A stretch of 39,719 nucleotides of DNA from Brachymonas sp. (GCA_012036375.1 JAAUOI010000001.1:1-39719); one strand, 5' to 3'; shown: positions 20,037 to 29,425, counted from the stretch's first letter. Numbers and translations: made by a program. The notes: generated by a model not told the origin, from the sequence alone.

Positions 20037-20063
20037 TACGCGGCCTTCTTCTCAATGGATTTG
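20037..20063 (-). promoter_or_regulatory. ECF sigma (SigK/ECF18-19-like) promoter of the DUF4331 operon
   Basis: Minus strand CAAATCC-N16-CGTA, about 45 nt upstream of the ATG; matches the ATCC-N16-CGTA type consensus. Confidence 0.6.
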
Positions 20064-20161
20064 GAAAAGTGTAAAAAAACGTGTTCGCCTTGCACGGCGC
20101 GTTGTGTCCGCTCGATAAGCGTTGATCTGCATGGCTTTTTGCGGTCTTTTATGATGAACGC

Positions 20162-21748
20162 ATGCACACCGTGGTTTGGTTTAAAAAAGATCTTCGTTTG
20201 AGTGATCACGCGCCCTTGACTTGGGCCAGGCAGCAAGCCACTGCCGAGGGCGGAGCGGTGTTGCCTCTGTGGGTTGATGAACCTGCGATGTGGCGGCAGG
20301 CAGACATGTCAGCGCGGCATTTTGGGTTTGCACAAGAGTGTGTGCAATCGCTGTCGCAGGCCATCGCGAGTCAAGGCGGGCAACTGCTGCGTATGCAAGC
20401 CGATATGCCGCAGGCGCTTGAAGTATTGCGCTTGCGTATCGGCGCATTTGCTTTGGTGAGCTTTGAAGAAACAGGCAATGGCTGGAGCTATGCGCGTGAT
20501 CTGGAGGTGGCTGCTTGGTGCAAAGCGCAAGGTATTGAGTGGCGCGAATTTCCAAGCAACGGCGTGGTGCGGCGCTTGCTTTCGCACGGTGGCGGTCGCA
20601 ATCGCTGGAGCTTGCATTGGAATCTGCGTATGAATGAGCCGCCACTGGGTACGGCGGCGCAAGTTCCATGGGCACGATTGCCTTTGGATTGCAGCCCTGC
20701 GCCTACGGCAGCTGGCATGGGTTTGAAGGATGCCGATGCGCCTGTGCGCCAGCGCGGGGGCAGGGCGCATGCAGAGGATGCTTTGTTTTCATTCCTAGCA
20801 GAGCGTGGCCAGCATTACCGCAGCGCGATGAGCAGCCCGGTGAGTGGCGAAGAAGCTTGCTCGCGCATTTCGCCGCATTTGGCTTGGGGCACGTTGTCCA
20901 TTCGCGAGGTGCTGCATGCGACTTGGGCGCGGCGCTCGCACTTATTGGCTCTGCCCGTGCCAGAGCGCCCGCCGGGCTACTTGCAAAGTCTCAAAAGCTT
21001 TGAAAGCCGCTTGCACTGGCATTGCCATTTCATCCAAAAACTAGAAAGCGAGCCGGCAATTGAATGGCGCAACGTGAATCGTGGTTTTGATGGGTTACGC
21101 AATGAAGATGAGCTTGCATCGGAGGAGTTACGACGCTTGCAAGCTTGGCAAGAGGGGTGCACGGGCTTTCCCTTCGTGGATGCTTGCATGCGCAGCTTGG
21201 CCGCTACAGGCTGGATCAACTTTCGCATGCGCGCGATGCTGATGAGCTTTGCAAGCTACCACCTGTGGCTGCATTGGCGGCATTCAGGGCTTTATTTGGC
21301 TAAGCTATTTACCGATTACGAGCCGGGCATTCACTGGAGTCAATGCCAGATGCAAAGCGGCGTGACCGGGGATCAATACCGTGCGGATTTACAACCCCGT
21401 CAAGCAAAGCAAGGATCAAGACCCGGCAGGCCAATTCATTCGCCGCTGGGTGCCCGAGCTGGCCGATCTGCCCGATGCTTGGCTGCATGAGCCTTGGTTA
21501 GCACCAAGGCGCCCGAGGGCTATCCCGCGCCGATTGTGGATCTGGCGCAGGCCGCGCGCGAGGCCAAAGAAAAAATTTACAGTAAAAAGGCCGAAAGCAC
21601 TGTGAAAGATGAGGCCACGAAGGTCTATGCCAAACACGGCTCGCGCCATCCTTCGCGTGAAGGTGTGCGCAGGCGGGCGGGCGCAAAGCCTGTGGCTAAG
21701 AAAACAAATGCAGTCGTCGACGATTTACAACTGGGATTTCAGTTTTGA
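20162..21748 (+). CDS. Photolyase/cryptochrome family protein (frameshifts near 21370 and 21505)
   Basis: [76 protein letters not shown]; continues [25 protein letters not shown] and YPAPIVD..KHGSR. Confidence 0.92.
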
Positions 21749-21759
21749 AAAGCACGCCA

Positions 21760-21927
21760 ATGACTTCGCTTGCAGACAAGCAAGTGCTGACAGCGGGCGA
21801 TATTTCTCGCATGATCGAAATAGCTTGGGAAGACCGCACACCTTTAGAAGCTATCAAAGCACAATTTGGACTGAAAGAATCTGCGGTAATCCGGCTTAAA
21901 TCGCACCTGCGCCTAGCAGGCAACTGA
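21760..21927 (+). pseudogene. TIGR03643/DUF2805 family gene, apparently 3'-truncated
   Basis: ISRMIEIAWEDRTPLEAIKAQFGLKESAVIRL matches the family N-half. The expected LKxSSFxxWRKRV tail is missing where the convergent gene's stop begins (about 21896). Confidence 0.7.
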
Positions 21928-22350
21928 GCGCAGCCACCACCGTCAGTCGCAGCCTCAGCGGCAGCCAAGGTGCCCAACCCGCATGCGGATAGCTCTTTCG
22001 ATCCACCCCATAGCAGGTGATCAGTAAAGCTGCCATGAGCGGCAACCCGGCGTAGGCGGGCATGATGGAGCCAATCCAAGCCACGATGCTGGGCACCACG
22101 CCCCAGATCAGGTGAAAATTTCGCTTCTCAGCAGGTATCTGCGCCGCAATACCCCAATGAATTCCACCTAAAAACGACGCAATGATGGCTGCATAAGCCG
22201 TCAAACCAATCGCCAGCCAGTTGCGCAAATCTGGTTCCACGGTCCACAGCAGCAGCGCAGGCAACACAAAGGAACCCAACCTGCATAGCCCAATGTGCGG
22301 GCTAGCAGGCTGGGGGAGCTGAGGTGTTCAGAGTTGTAATTGGAGGCCAT
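21896..22350 (-). CDS. DUF3429 family membrane protein (frameshift near 22275)
   Basis: ATG 22350: MASNYNSEHLSSPSLLARTLGYAG; then FVLPALL..YAAIIASFLGGIHWG..LRLRLT. Confidence 0.85.
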
Positions 22351-22415
22351 TTTTTAAGCGATTTCGGGTTCTAGCCGGGATTTTATATGCGCCGAGTGCT
22401 CATTTGTTGATAGCA
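22350..22415 (+). repeat. 66-bp dispersed element, copy 7 (abuts the DUF3429 start codon)
   Basis: TTTTTTAAGCGATTTCGGGTTCTAGCCGGGATTTTATATGCGCCGAGTGCTCATTTGTTGATAGCA. Confidence 0.88.
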
Positions 22416-22694
22416 AAAAAATGCATAGGCATGTGGAGCAATTGCTGAAAATCGCGCTCCAGCTTCTGCGCTTGCGAGGCGTATTTCGCCCCATTCTCAG
22501 TGCTGAACAAGTCGGGCTTGCTTGAAAAACTGCTTGCCACCTATTGCCAGCTCAAATGGTTGCTGGGCAGATCGTCACCAAGCTGATGAGCAACCAGCCA
22601 ATCAGCGCCAGCTCGCCAATGTACTTTTCGCAAATGCACGCAGTAGCTCGCAAGCCACATGCGCCCATTGTGCGGACACAAAAATCTGCTTGTG

Positions 22695-22723
22695 TTGCTG
22701 CAGACCATCGGCAGGGTTACACT
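22695..22723 (+). promoter_or_regulatory. Sigma70-type promoter of pssA, likely leaderless
   Basis: TTGCTG-N17-TACACT; ATG 6 nt after the -10 box; no SD. Confidence 0.55.
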
Positions 22724-22729
22724 TAGTGA

Positions 22730-23569
22730 ATGCATGACGGAAACGACACACATCCTGCGGAGCTTGTGCCTATCAAGCCACGCCGCAAAGGCATTTATAT
22801 TCTGCCCAACTTGTTTACGCTTGCTGCTTTGTTTGGCGGCTTCTATGGCATTGTTATGGCAATGAATGGGCGCTTTCATGAAGCGGCTATCGGTATTTTC
22901 TGCGCGATGGTGCTCGATAGCCTAGATGGCCGCGTCGCTCGTATGACGAACACGCAGTCAGCTTTTGGCGAGCAAATGGATTCGCTCTCCGATATGGTGA
23001 GCTTTGGCGCAGCGCCGGCGCTGATTGCCTATGAATGGGCCCTCAAAGACATTGGGCGCTGGGGCTGGATTGCAGCCTTCGTATATGTCTCTTGCGCGGC
23101 CTTGCGCTTGGCTCGCTTCAATGTGAACACCGCTGTAGTGGATAAGCGTTATTTTCAAGGTCTACCAAGCCCAGCGGCTGCGGCCTTGGTGATGGGTTTC
23201 ATTTGGGTGCTGACCGATTTACAAATCGCTGGGCAAGATACCTTAGTCGTGCTGGGATTTTTGGAAATGAAAGTGCGTTGGGTGATATTTGCTTTAGCGT
23301 TGTATGCGGGTCTGACCATGGTGACCAATGTGCCGTTTTATAGCTTCAAAGATGTGAACATGAAGCGCAGCGTGCCGTTTGCTGTGATCGTGCTGCTTGC
23401 TTTGGGCATTGCCGCGATCAATATTGATCCGCCGACAGTGCTCTTTGGAATTTTTGTGTCCTATGGTTTGTCGGGCTACGTGATTTACGCGATGCGAAAA
23501 GCCAAAGGACAACACACCAGTGTGATCGCCACCAGCAAAGACGAGCCTGACGAGCGCGGGCTGCATTAG
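22730..23569 (+). CDS. pssA: CDP-diacylglycerol--serine O-phosphatidyltransferase
   Basis: GIYILPNLFT, DSLDGRVAR...FGEQMDSLSDMVSFGAAP CDP-alcohol phosphotransferase motif, RLARFN. Confidence 0.97.
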   Translation: MHDGNDTHPAELVPIKPRRKGIYILPNLFTLAALFGGFYGIVMAMNGRFHEAAIGIFCAMVLDSLDGRVARMTNTQSAFGEQMDSLSDMVSFGAAPALIAYEWALKDIGRWGWIAAFVYVSCAALRLARFNVNTAVVDKRYFQGLPSPAAAALVMGFIWVLTDLQIAGQDTLVVLGFLEMKVRWVIFALALYAGLTMVTNVPFYSFKDVNMKRSVPFAVIVLLALGIAAINIDPPTVLFGIFVSYGLSGYVIYAMRKAKGQHTSVIATSKDEPDERGLH

Positions 23570-23660
23570 CTTGACTGAATGCGAGCAGACTCTATGGCAT
23601 TCGCCGTAAGCTTGGCTCCAGTTTTAAGGTCTGATGCCGAATTATTTTTTTAGATTTTTT

Positions 23661-24497
23661 ATGTCGTCCCCCGATCAATACGCCGTCATTGGCAACCCGA
23701 TTGCCCAATCCAAATCGCCCATCATTCATGCCTTGTTTGCTAAAGCCACCGGCCAGCACATGGAATACACGCGCGTGGAAGGCCGCATTGGCGGTTTTGC
23801 CCAGCAGCTCGATGAGCTTCGCGCCGCAGGCATGCGCGGCATGAATGTGACAGCGCCTTTCAAACTCGAAGCCTTTGCCTACGCCACGCACCGCAGCCAA
23901 GCGGCAGAGCTTGCTGGCGCAGTGAATGCGCTGAAATTTATCAGTAACGAAGTGCATGCTGAGAATTTTGATGGTGTCGGGCTGGTCAATGACATACAGC
24001 GCAACCACGCGACACTTCTTCGCGGCAAGCGTGTGCTCTTGCTCGGAGCGGGTGGCGCGGTGCGCGGCGCATTGCTGCCTTTTGCCAAGGCAGAGCCCGC
24101 CCTCTTGGTTGTGGCGAACCGGACAGTGGCCAAGGCGCAAGAGCTGGTGGCGATGTTAGACAAGCAAATGGCGGTGAGTGCTAAGGCTTGTTCCTTTGAG
24201 ACACTTGAAGGCGAATTTGATGTGGTGGTCAACGGCACATCAGCGGCTTTGTTTGACCAAGCGCCTGCGGTGCCAGTCAGTGCATTTGCGCCTGGCTGCT
24301 TGGCCTATGAAATGGCCTATGGCAAAGGCATGACCCCGTTTTTACAGCTTGCTCGCCAAGCAGACAAATCGGGCGATGTGCGTTGTGTCGATGGCGTGGG
24401 CATGCTGGTGGAGCAGGCTGCGCTGGCCTTTGAGTGGTGGCGCGGCGTGCGTCCAGAGACGCTTGAGGCGATTTCTGAGTTAACTGTGCCCTTGTGA
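23661..24497 (+). CDS. aroE: Shikimate dehydrogenase
   Basis: YAVIGNPIAQSKSP.IH, G.NVTAPFK, AGAVN, NFDG.G, LLGAGGA, ANRT, DG.GMLVEQAA. Confidence 0.95.
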   Translation: MSSPDQYAVIGNPIAQSKSPIIHALFAKATGQHMEYTRVEGRIGGFAQQLDELRAAGMRGMNVTAPFKLEAFAYATHRSQAAELAGAVNALKFISNEVHAENFDGVGLVNDIQRNHATLLRGKRVLLLGAGGAVRGALLPFAKAEPALLVVANRTVAKAQELVAMLDKQMAVSAKACSFETLEGEFDVVVNGTSAALFDQAPAVPVSAFAPGCLAYEMAYGKGMTPFLQLARQADKSGDVRCVDGVGMLVEQAALAFEWWRGVRPETLEAISELTVPL

Positions 24498-24599
24498 TTG
24501 GTGAGTACAAGCACGAACTGCGTGCGAGCGGTAAATGGGGGAGTCTGAGCCAGAAACAAAGGCTTGGGGTATTGCGCATTTCCAGCTGAAGGCTACCAA

Positions 24600-24834
24600 G
24601 GGTCAGACCGCTATCGCGCGGGGCATGCTGGTGAAACAAGATCATCCCGTGGCCAGCATGGTCACACGGCTCAATGTGCCGTTTCATTTTTCTGGCTTGG
24701 GTGCGACGATCAAAATGCCTGCACCGCTGCTGGGAGAACACAACAAAGAGATTGCACGCGATCTCGGTTTTTCAGAAGCTGAGGTTCAAGCGATGCAAGG
24801 TGAAGGCGTGTTGTACGCTGAACCTAGTGCCTGA
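24600..24834 (+). pseudogene. C-terminal remnant of a CaiB/BaiF (family III) CoA-transferase
   Basis: RGMLVKQDHP...VPFHFSG....PAPLLGEHNKEIARDLGFSEAEVQAMQGEGVL is the typical tail; the ~320 aa N-terminal part is absent. Confidence 0.8.
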
Positions 24835-24912
24835 AATCATCAGCGGAGTCAGTGCTGCGTAATCGCGTCACAATCTAGGTATTCCAGTGCATATTCCCAT
24901 GAAAGCAAGCTT

Positions 24913-25350
24913 ATGAAGATTTTGGTTTTGAACGGCATCAATCTCAATATGTTTGGCAAGCGCGATGCGGCCACCTATGGCACGGCGACGCTTGATGACA
25001 TCAACGCCGCCTGCGTTGCTCTAGGCAAAGAACTGGGCGCTGAAATCAGTTGTATGCAGACCAATTTTGAAGGCGAAATGGTGCAACGCATTCATGCCGC
25101 GCATGGCGATGGCACGACGGCTGTCGTCATCAACGCTGGCGCATGGACGCATTACAGCTATGGCATTCGCGATGCATTGGCGATCTTGAAATGCCCGATC
25201 ATTGAAGTGCACATGAGCAATATCCACGCACGCGAGGAGTTTCGCCATCATTCTGTGATTGCATCCATTGCCAAAGGGCAAATCGCGGGCTTTGGAATGG
25301 AAAGTTATCTGTTGGGTATCCGTGCGGCGATGTCGGCAGTGAAAACTTAA
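24913..25350 (+). CDS. aroQ: Type II 3-dehydroquinate dehydratase
   Basis: LNGINLNMFGKRD..YG, INAGAWTHYS..IRDA, EVHMSNIHAREEFRHHS. Confidence 0.96.
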   Translation: MKILVLNGINLNMFGKRDAATYGTATLDDINAACVALGKELGAEISCMQTNFEGEMVQRIHAAHGDGTTAVVINAGAWTHYSYGIRDALAILKCPIIEVHMSNIHAREEFRHHSVIASIAKGQIAGFGMESYLLGIRAAMSAVKT

Positions 25351-25360
25351 AACTCTTTAT

Positions 25361-25426
25361 TACTATTATTTTAATAGCATCCCGCGCATATTTTATGCCG
25401 GCTACCACCCCAAAACACTCAAAACT
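25361..25426 (-). repeat. 66-bp dispersed element, copy 8 (fills the gap between convergent aroQ and mlaB)
   Basis: Reverse complement AGTTTTGAGTGTTTTGGGGTGGTAGCCGGCATAAAATATGCGCGGGATGCTATTAAAATAATAGTA. Confidence 0.9.
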
Positions 25427-25700
25427 AAGGCGCAGCAGGCAGCAACTGCGCCACGCCGTACAGCGCGGCCAAATTGCGCAGCCGCTCGGGCAGGCCGCGC
25501 ACTGAAAAGCTCTTGCCTTGGATCTGCGCCTCACGCCGGCATTCAAGCAGTACGGCGAGGGCGGATGAATCGAATTTCTGCAAGGCCGATGCATCTGCCA
25601 CCACGGTGTGCTCTTGGCTGCGCAAAGCCTGCGCCAACATGCGTGCGCAAGTGCGGGCGCTGGCGTGGGTGATCTCGGCGGGCAAGACAAGCATCGCCAA
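25425..25700 (-). CDS. mlaB: STAS-domain protein MlaB
   Basis: DASALQKFDSSALAVLL; last gene of the mla operon. Confidence 0.9.
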   Translation of the reverse strand: MAMLVLPAEITHASARTCARMLAQALRSQEHTVVADASALQKFDSSALAVLLECRREAQIQGKSFSVRGLPERLRNLAALYGVAQLLPAAP

Positions 25701-25703
25701 TCC

Positions 25704-26336
25704 TCAAGCCTTGCGACCTTTGTTGCGCTCGGCCAGCTTGTTGATCAAGCCGTCAATGCCATTGGCGTTGATTTCTTGTGCAAACTGGGTGCGGTAGGTT
25801 TGAATCAGCCAGACACTGGCGACGTTGATGTCGTAAATTCTCCAAGAACTGCCTGCTTTTTCTACGCGGTAGTCCAGTGCAATCGGGTCGCCCCGGCCTT
25901 TGATTTCGGTGCGAACCGTCACTTCTGTGTCGCCTTCAGTCATGCGCAGGGGGCGCATCGCAATGGTTTGATCCTTGACTTCGGATAGAGCACCCGAGTA
26001 AGTGCGCATCAGCAATGTCTTGAACTCTTCTTGCAGCCGTTTTTGTTGCTCGGGTGTGGCGCTGCGCCAAGCGCGGCCCACCGCAGAGGCCGTCATGCGC
26101 TGGAAATTCACATTGGGCAAGATCTTGGTATTCACCAAGGCCGCAATTTTGCTCACATCACCCGCTTGAATCGCTTTGTCGGCTTTGATGGTGTCGAGCA
26201 CATCGACCGACAGGCGGCGAATGAAGGCATCAGGGGTTTCGGCGCTTTGGGCAGCAACAGGCAGACTCAGCGCCAAGAAACTAAAGCCTGCCAGGCTGGT
26301 GCGGGAGATAGCGGCGAGAAGCCAACGTCGGTTCAT
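25704..26336 (-). CDS. mlaC: Phospholipid shuttle MlaC/Ttg2D
   Basis: NFQRMTASAVGRAW, EFKTLLMRTYSGAL, WRIYDINV..WL..YR.QF. Confidence 0.93.
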   Translation of the reverse strand: MNRRWLLAAISRTSLAGFSFLALSLPVAAQSAETPDAFIRRLSVDVLDTIKADKAIQAGDVSKIAALVNTKILPNVNFQRMTASAVGRAWRSATPEQQKRLQEEFKTLLMRTYSGALSEVKDQTIAMRPLRMTEGDTEVTVRTEIKGRGDPIALDYRVEKAGSSWRIYDINVASVWLIQTYRTQFAQEINANGIDGLINKLAERNKGRKA

Positions 26337-26474
26337 ACAGATCCTTTCAATTGCTGGGTACATGCCAGCTGTGGGGAATAACGGTTGGAGTGCCCAAGCG
26401 GCAGACAAAGTTGCGCATCTGAGGCTCACAAAGCGTAATATTTCACTTGCAGGTGTGGAATTTGCCGCGCAGTG

Positions 26475-27235
26475 TTATTTTTTGTCTTCTGCATCGGGTT
26501 TGTAGTTGTCTTCTTCTTGCCCTGGGCGGAAAATTTCTGCGCGGCGGTTTTGTAAGAAGGCATCGCGGGTGAAACTGTATTTGTCCAGCGCAGCCTCATC
26601 GAGCAATGTGCCCAAACGCAGCAAGCCAGTTCGCGTATCTACGATGCGCAGCACATTCGTGGCATTGCGTGTACGTACATGGTCGATTTGTGCCACAGGG
26701 TCGTAGCGATTTTCAAGTGTGATCGTGGTGGCATCGCGCACCGTGCTCGGGCCAAAGAGCGGCATCACCACATAAGGGCCAGAGGGCATTCCCCAGCGGC
26801 CGAGCGTCTTGCCTAGATCTTCGTTGTTTCGCTCCAGCCCCATTCGCTGGCGATATCGAGCACGCCACCGAACCCGATTATTGTGTTCACACCAAATCGC
26901 ATGAAGTCCTCAGCTGCGACTTTCGGGCGCAACTGCAGGACACCGTTCAGGCCGGACCACAGATCTTCCAGATTGTTGAAAAAATTCGTCACGCCTGCGC
27001 GCAAGGGCTGTGGTGTCACGGCACGGTAGCCTTGCGCAACAGGCTTGAGCACCGCTTTGTCTAAGCCTTCGTTGAAGCTGAACATGCTGCGGTTAAAAGG
27101 CTCGAATGGATCCGTAGGGTTACGCGCAGGACCAGAGGCGCAGCCTGCGAGAAAAGTGGCAAAAATAAGGCAAATAATGGTTCTAGCCGGCGTATTTGCT
27201 GCGCAGAGTGCTATTGATTTCGTAGTGTATTGCAT
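26475..27235 (-). CDS. mlaA: VacJ/MlaA lipoprotein (frameshift near 26843)
   Basis: LAG|C lipobox, DPFEPFNRSMFSFNE, RFGVNT..GFGGVLD; second ORF EDLGKTLG.WG..SGPYVVMPLFGPSTVRD. Confidence 0.93.
27162..27227 (+). repeat. 66-bp dispersed element, copy 9 (in frame in the mlaA signal peptide)
   Basis: AAAATAAGGCAAATAATGGTTCTAGCCGGCGTATTTGCTGCGCAGAGTGCTATTGATTTCGTAGTG; encodes TTKSIALCAANTPARTIICLIF. Confidence 0.83.
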
Positions 27236-27241
27236 GTGTAG

Positions 27242-27733
27242 TTATTTCTTCCCATTGGTATTGGAGGTACTTTGGCCGCCTTCTGAGGCTTTGTTGAATA
27301 AGAATTGAGAGATCAAGTTCTCCAAAATTACCGCCGATTGGGTGGATTTGATCGTGTCACCCGGGCTCAAATTTTTTTCTTCAGCCCCTGCCTCCATGCC
27401 CACATACTGCTCGCCCAAAAGGCCGCTGGTCAGAATTTTAAGTGAACTGTCTTGAGGAAAAACATACCGGCTTTGCAGCGCCAGCGTGGCGCGGGCTTGG
27501 TAGGTTTTGTCATCAAAAGTGATGGACTCCACTCGCCCCACTACCACGCCAGCGCTTTTCACCGCCGCGCCATTTTTGAGCCCGCCAATGTTGTCAAACT
27601 TAGCAGTGACGCGATAGGTCGAATCAAAATTAAACGACAGCAGATTCGCTGATTTCAAGGCTAAAAACAGCACTGCTATTGCGCCAAACAGCACAAACAA
27701 GCCAACCCAGAGGTCATTTTTTGAGCGTTGCAT
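27242..27733 (-). CDS. mlaD: MCE protein MlaD
   Basis: WVGLFVL, FDNIGGLK..V..AGVVVGRV, ILTSGLLGEQY. Confidence 0.96.
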   Translation of the reverse strand: MQRSKNDLWVGLFVLFGAIAVLFLALKSANLLSFNFDSTYRVTAKFDNIGGLKNGAAVKSAGVVVGRVESITFDDKTYQARATLALQSRYVFPQDSSLKILTSGLLGEQYVGMEAGAEEKNLSPGDTIKSTQSAVILENLISQFLFNKASEGGQSTSNTNGKK

Positions 27734-27746
27734 GAATGGCTCTCCT

Positions 27747-28529
27747 TTAAATTGAAAACATCATGGCCGTGAGCAGGAAATCGAGCGCCAGCACCGTGAA
27801 GCTGCCTACCACCACGGTGCGCGTGGTGGCGCGCGAGACGCCCTCGGGTGTGGGCTGCGCCTCAAAGCCTTGCAAGAGCGCAATAAATGTGACCGCCAAG
27901 CCAAACACCACGCTTTTCACGATGCCATTGCCCACATCGCGCCACACATCCACACCGCCTTGCATCTGACTCCAAAACGCAGCGCCATCAATCCCGATCA
28001 TCAACACGCCCACCACATAGCCACCCAAGATGCCCACCGCAGAAAATACCGCCGCCAAAATCGGCATCGCAATCACGCCGCCCCAAAAGCGCGGCGCAAG
28101 AATGCGGCGCATTGGGTCAATCGCGCTGATTTCCATGTACATCAAGACCTCATCGCGCTTCATCAGACCCACTTCCGCCGTGAGCGCCGTGCCCGCGCGG
28201 CCTGCAAAGAGCAGAGCAGTCACCACGGGTCCGAGTTCCCGCACCAAGCTCAGCGCCACCAAGAGCCCGAGCGATTCAGTCGCGCCGTAGCGCTGCAAAG
28301 TGTAGTAGCCCTGCAAGCCGAGTACAAAGCCGACGAACAGGCCGCTGACCGTGATGATGGCCAGTGAATGGTTGCCCAAGAAATGAATTTGATCGCGCAC
28401 CAAACCAAAGCGCTTAAAAGTAGCCGCGCCCAGTGTGAGCAAGCGCATGAAGAGCCTTGCGCCATAGCCCCAATTGGCCAGCATGCTGCGCGTGGCAAAG
28501 CCAATATCGCGCGGGTTAAGCCAACTCAT
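27747..28529 (-). CDS. mlaE: Permease MlaE
   Basis: RELGPVVTALLFAGRAGTALTAE, EGVSRATTRTVV. Confidence 0.96.
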   Translation of the reverse strand: MSWLNPRDIGFATRSMLANWGYGARLFMRLLTLGAATFKRFGLVRDQIHFLGNHSLAIITVSGLFVGFVLGLQGYYTLQRYGATESLGLLVALSLVRELGPVVTALLFAGRAGTALTAEVGLMKRDEVLMYMEISAIDPMRRILAPRFWGGVIAMPILAAVFSAVGILGGYVVGVLMIGIDGAAFWSQMQGGVDVWRDVGNGIVKSVVFGLAVTFIALLQGFEAQPTPEGVSRATTRTVVVGSFTVLALDFLLTAMMFSI

Positions 28530-29392
28530 GGCTGGCCTCCTTGTGAAGCCTTAAAGGCAATGGCGCTGCCGAAGTCTTGCTCCAGACTCTGGTGCGGATA
28601 ATGAAATTTTACCGGGCCATCCGACAAAGCATTGACGAATTGATGCACCAAAGGATCGGCGCTGTGGCGCACTTCATCGGGCGTACCTTGTGCGGCGATT
28701 TTTCCGTTGGCCAAAATAATGACCTTGTCTGCGATTTTGAAAGTCTCTTCCAAATCATGCGAGACGATGATGCTCGTCAAGCCCAGTGCATCGTTGAGCT
28801 GGCGAATAAGCTGCGCAGAAGTGCCCAGCGAAATCGGGTCGAGGCCAGCGAAGGGTTCATCAAACATCACCAGCTCGGGATCCAGCGCAATTGCGCGAGC
28901 CAGCGCCACGCGCCGCGCCATGCCGCCGGATAGCTCGCTTGGCATCAAATCCCGCGCCCCGCGCAGGCCCACCGCATTGAGCTTCATCAGCACGATGTCG
29001 CGAATTAAGCTTTCTTGCAAATCAGTCAACTCACGCAGCGGGAAAGCCACGTTATCAAAAGTGCTCAAATCGGTGAACAAAGCGCCAAACTGAAACAGCA
29101 TGCCCATGCGCTTGCGGGCTGCATACAAAGCCGCTTGATCCATCGCACCCACATCGCCGCCATCAAACAAAACTTGCCCGCGCTGGGCTTTGACGAGGCC
29201 GCCGAGCAAACGCAGCACCGTGGTTTTACCGCCGCCCGACGCGCCCATCAACGCCGTGACTTTGCCGCGCTCGATGCTCAGGCTCACGCCATCCAAAATC
29301 TTGCGTCCGCCACCATAGCCGAACTCCACATCACGGAATTCGATCCAAGGCGTTGCGTTTGGAGGCTTTGGTTTGGAATCGGGTGTCATCAA
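28526..29392 (-). CDS. mlaF: ABC ATPase MlaF
   Basis: GASGGGKT, GMLFQFGALF, LSGGMARRVALARA, FDEPFAGLDP, IVSHD. Confidence 0.96.
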   Translation of the reverse strand: MMTPDSKPKPPNATPWIEFRDVEFGYGGGRKILDGVSLSIERGKVTALMGASGGGKTTVLRLLGGLVKAQRGQVLFDGGDVGAMDQAALYAARKRMGMLFQFGALFTDLSTFDNVAFPLRELTDLQESLIRDIVLMKLNAVGLRGARDLMPSELSGGMARRVALARAIALDPELVMFDEPFAGLDPISLGTSAQLIRQLNDALGLTSIIVSHDLEETFKIADKVIILANGKIAAQGTPDEVRHSADPLVHQFVNALSDGPVKFHYPHQSLEQDFGSAIAFKASQGGQP

Positions 29393-29393
29393 G

Positions 29394-29425
29394 AAATAAA
29401 AATGCCTTGTCTAAAAACAAGGCAA
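29394..29425 (-). terminator. Terminator-like hairpin with U-tract directly upstream of the mlaF start
   Basis: Minus strand TGCCTTGT-TTTTAG-ACAAGGCA followed by TTTTTATTTC, then TTGATG. Confidence 0.45.
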
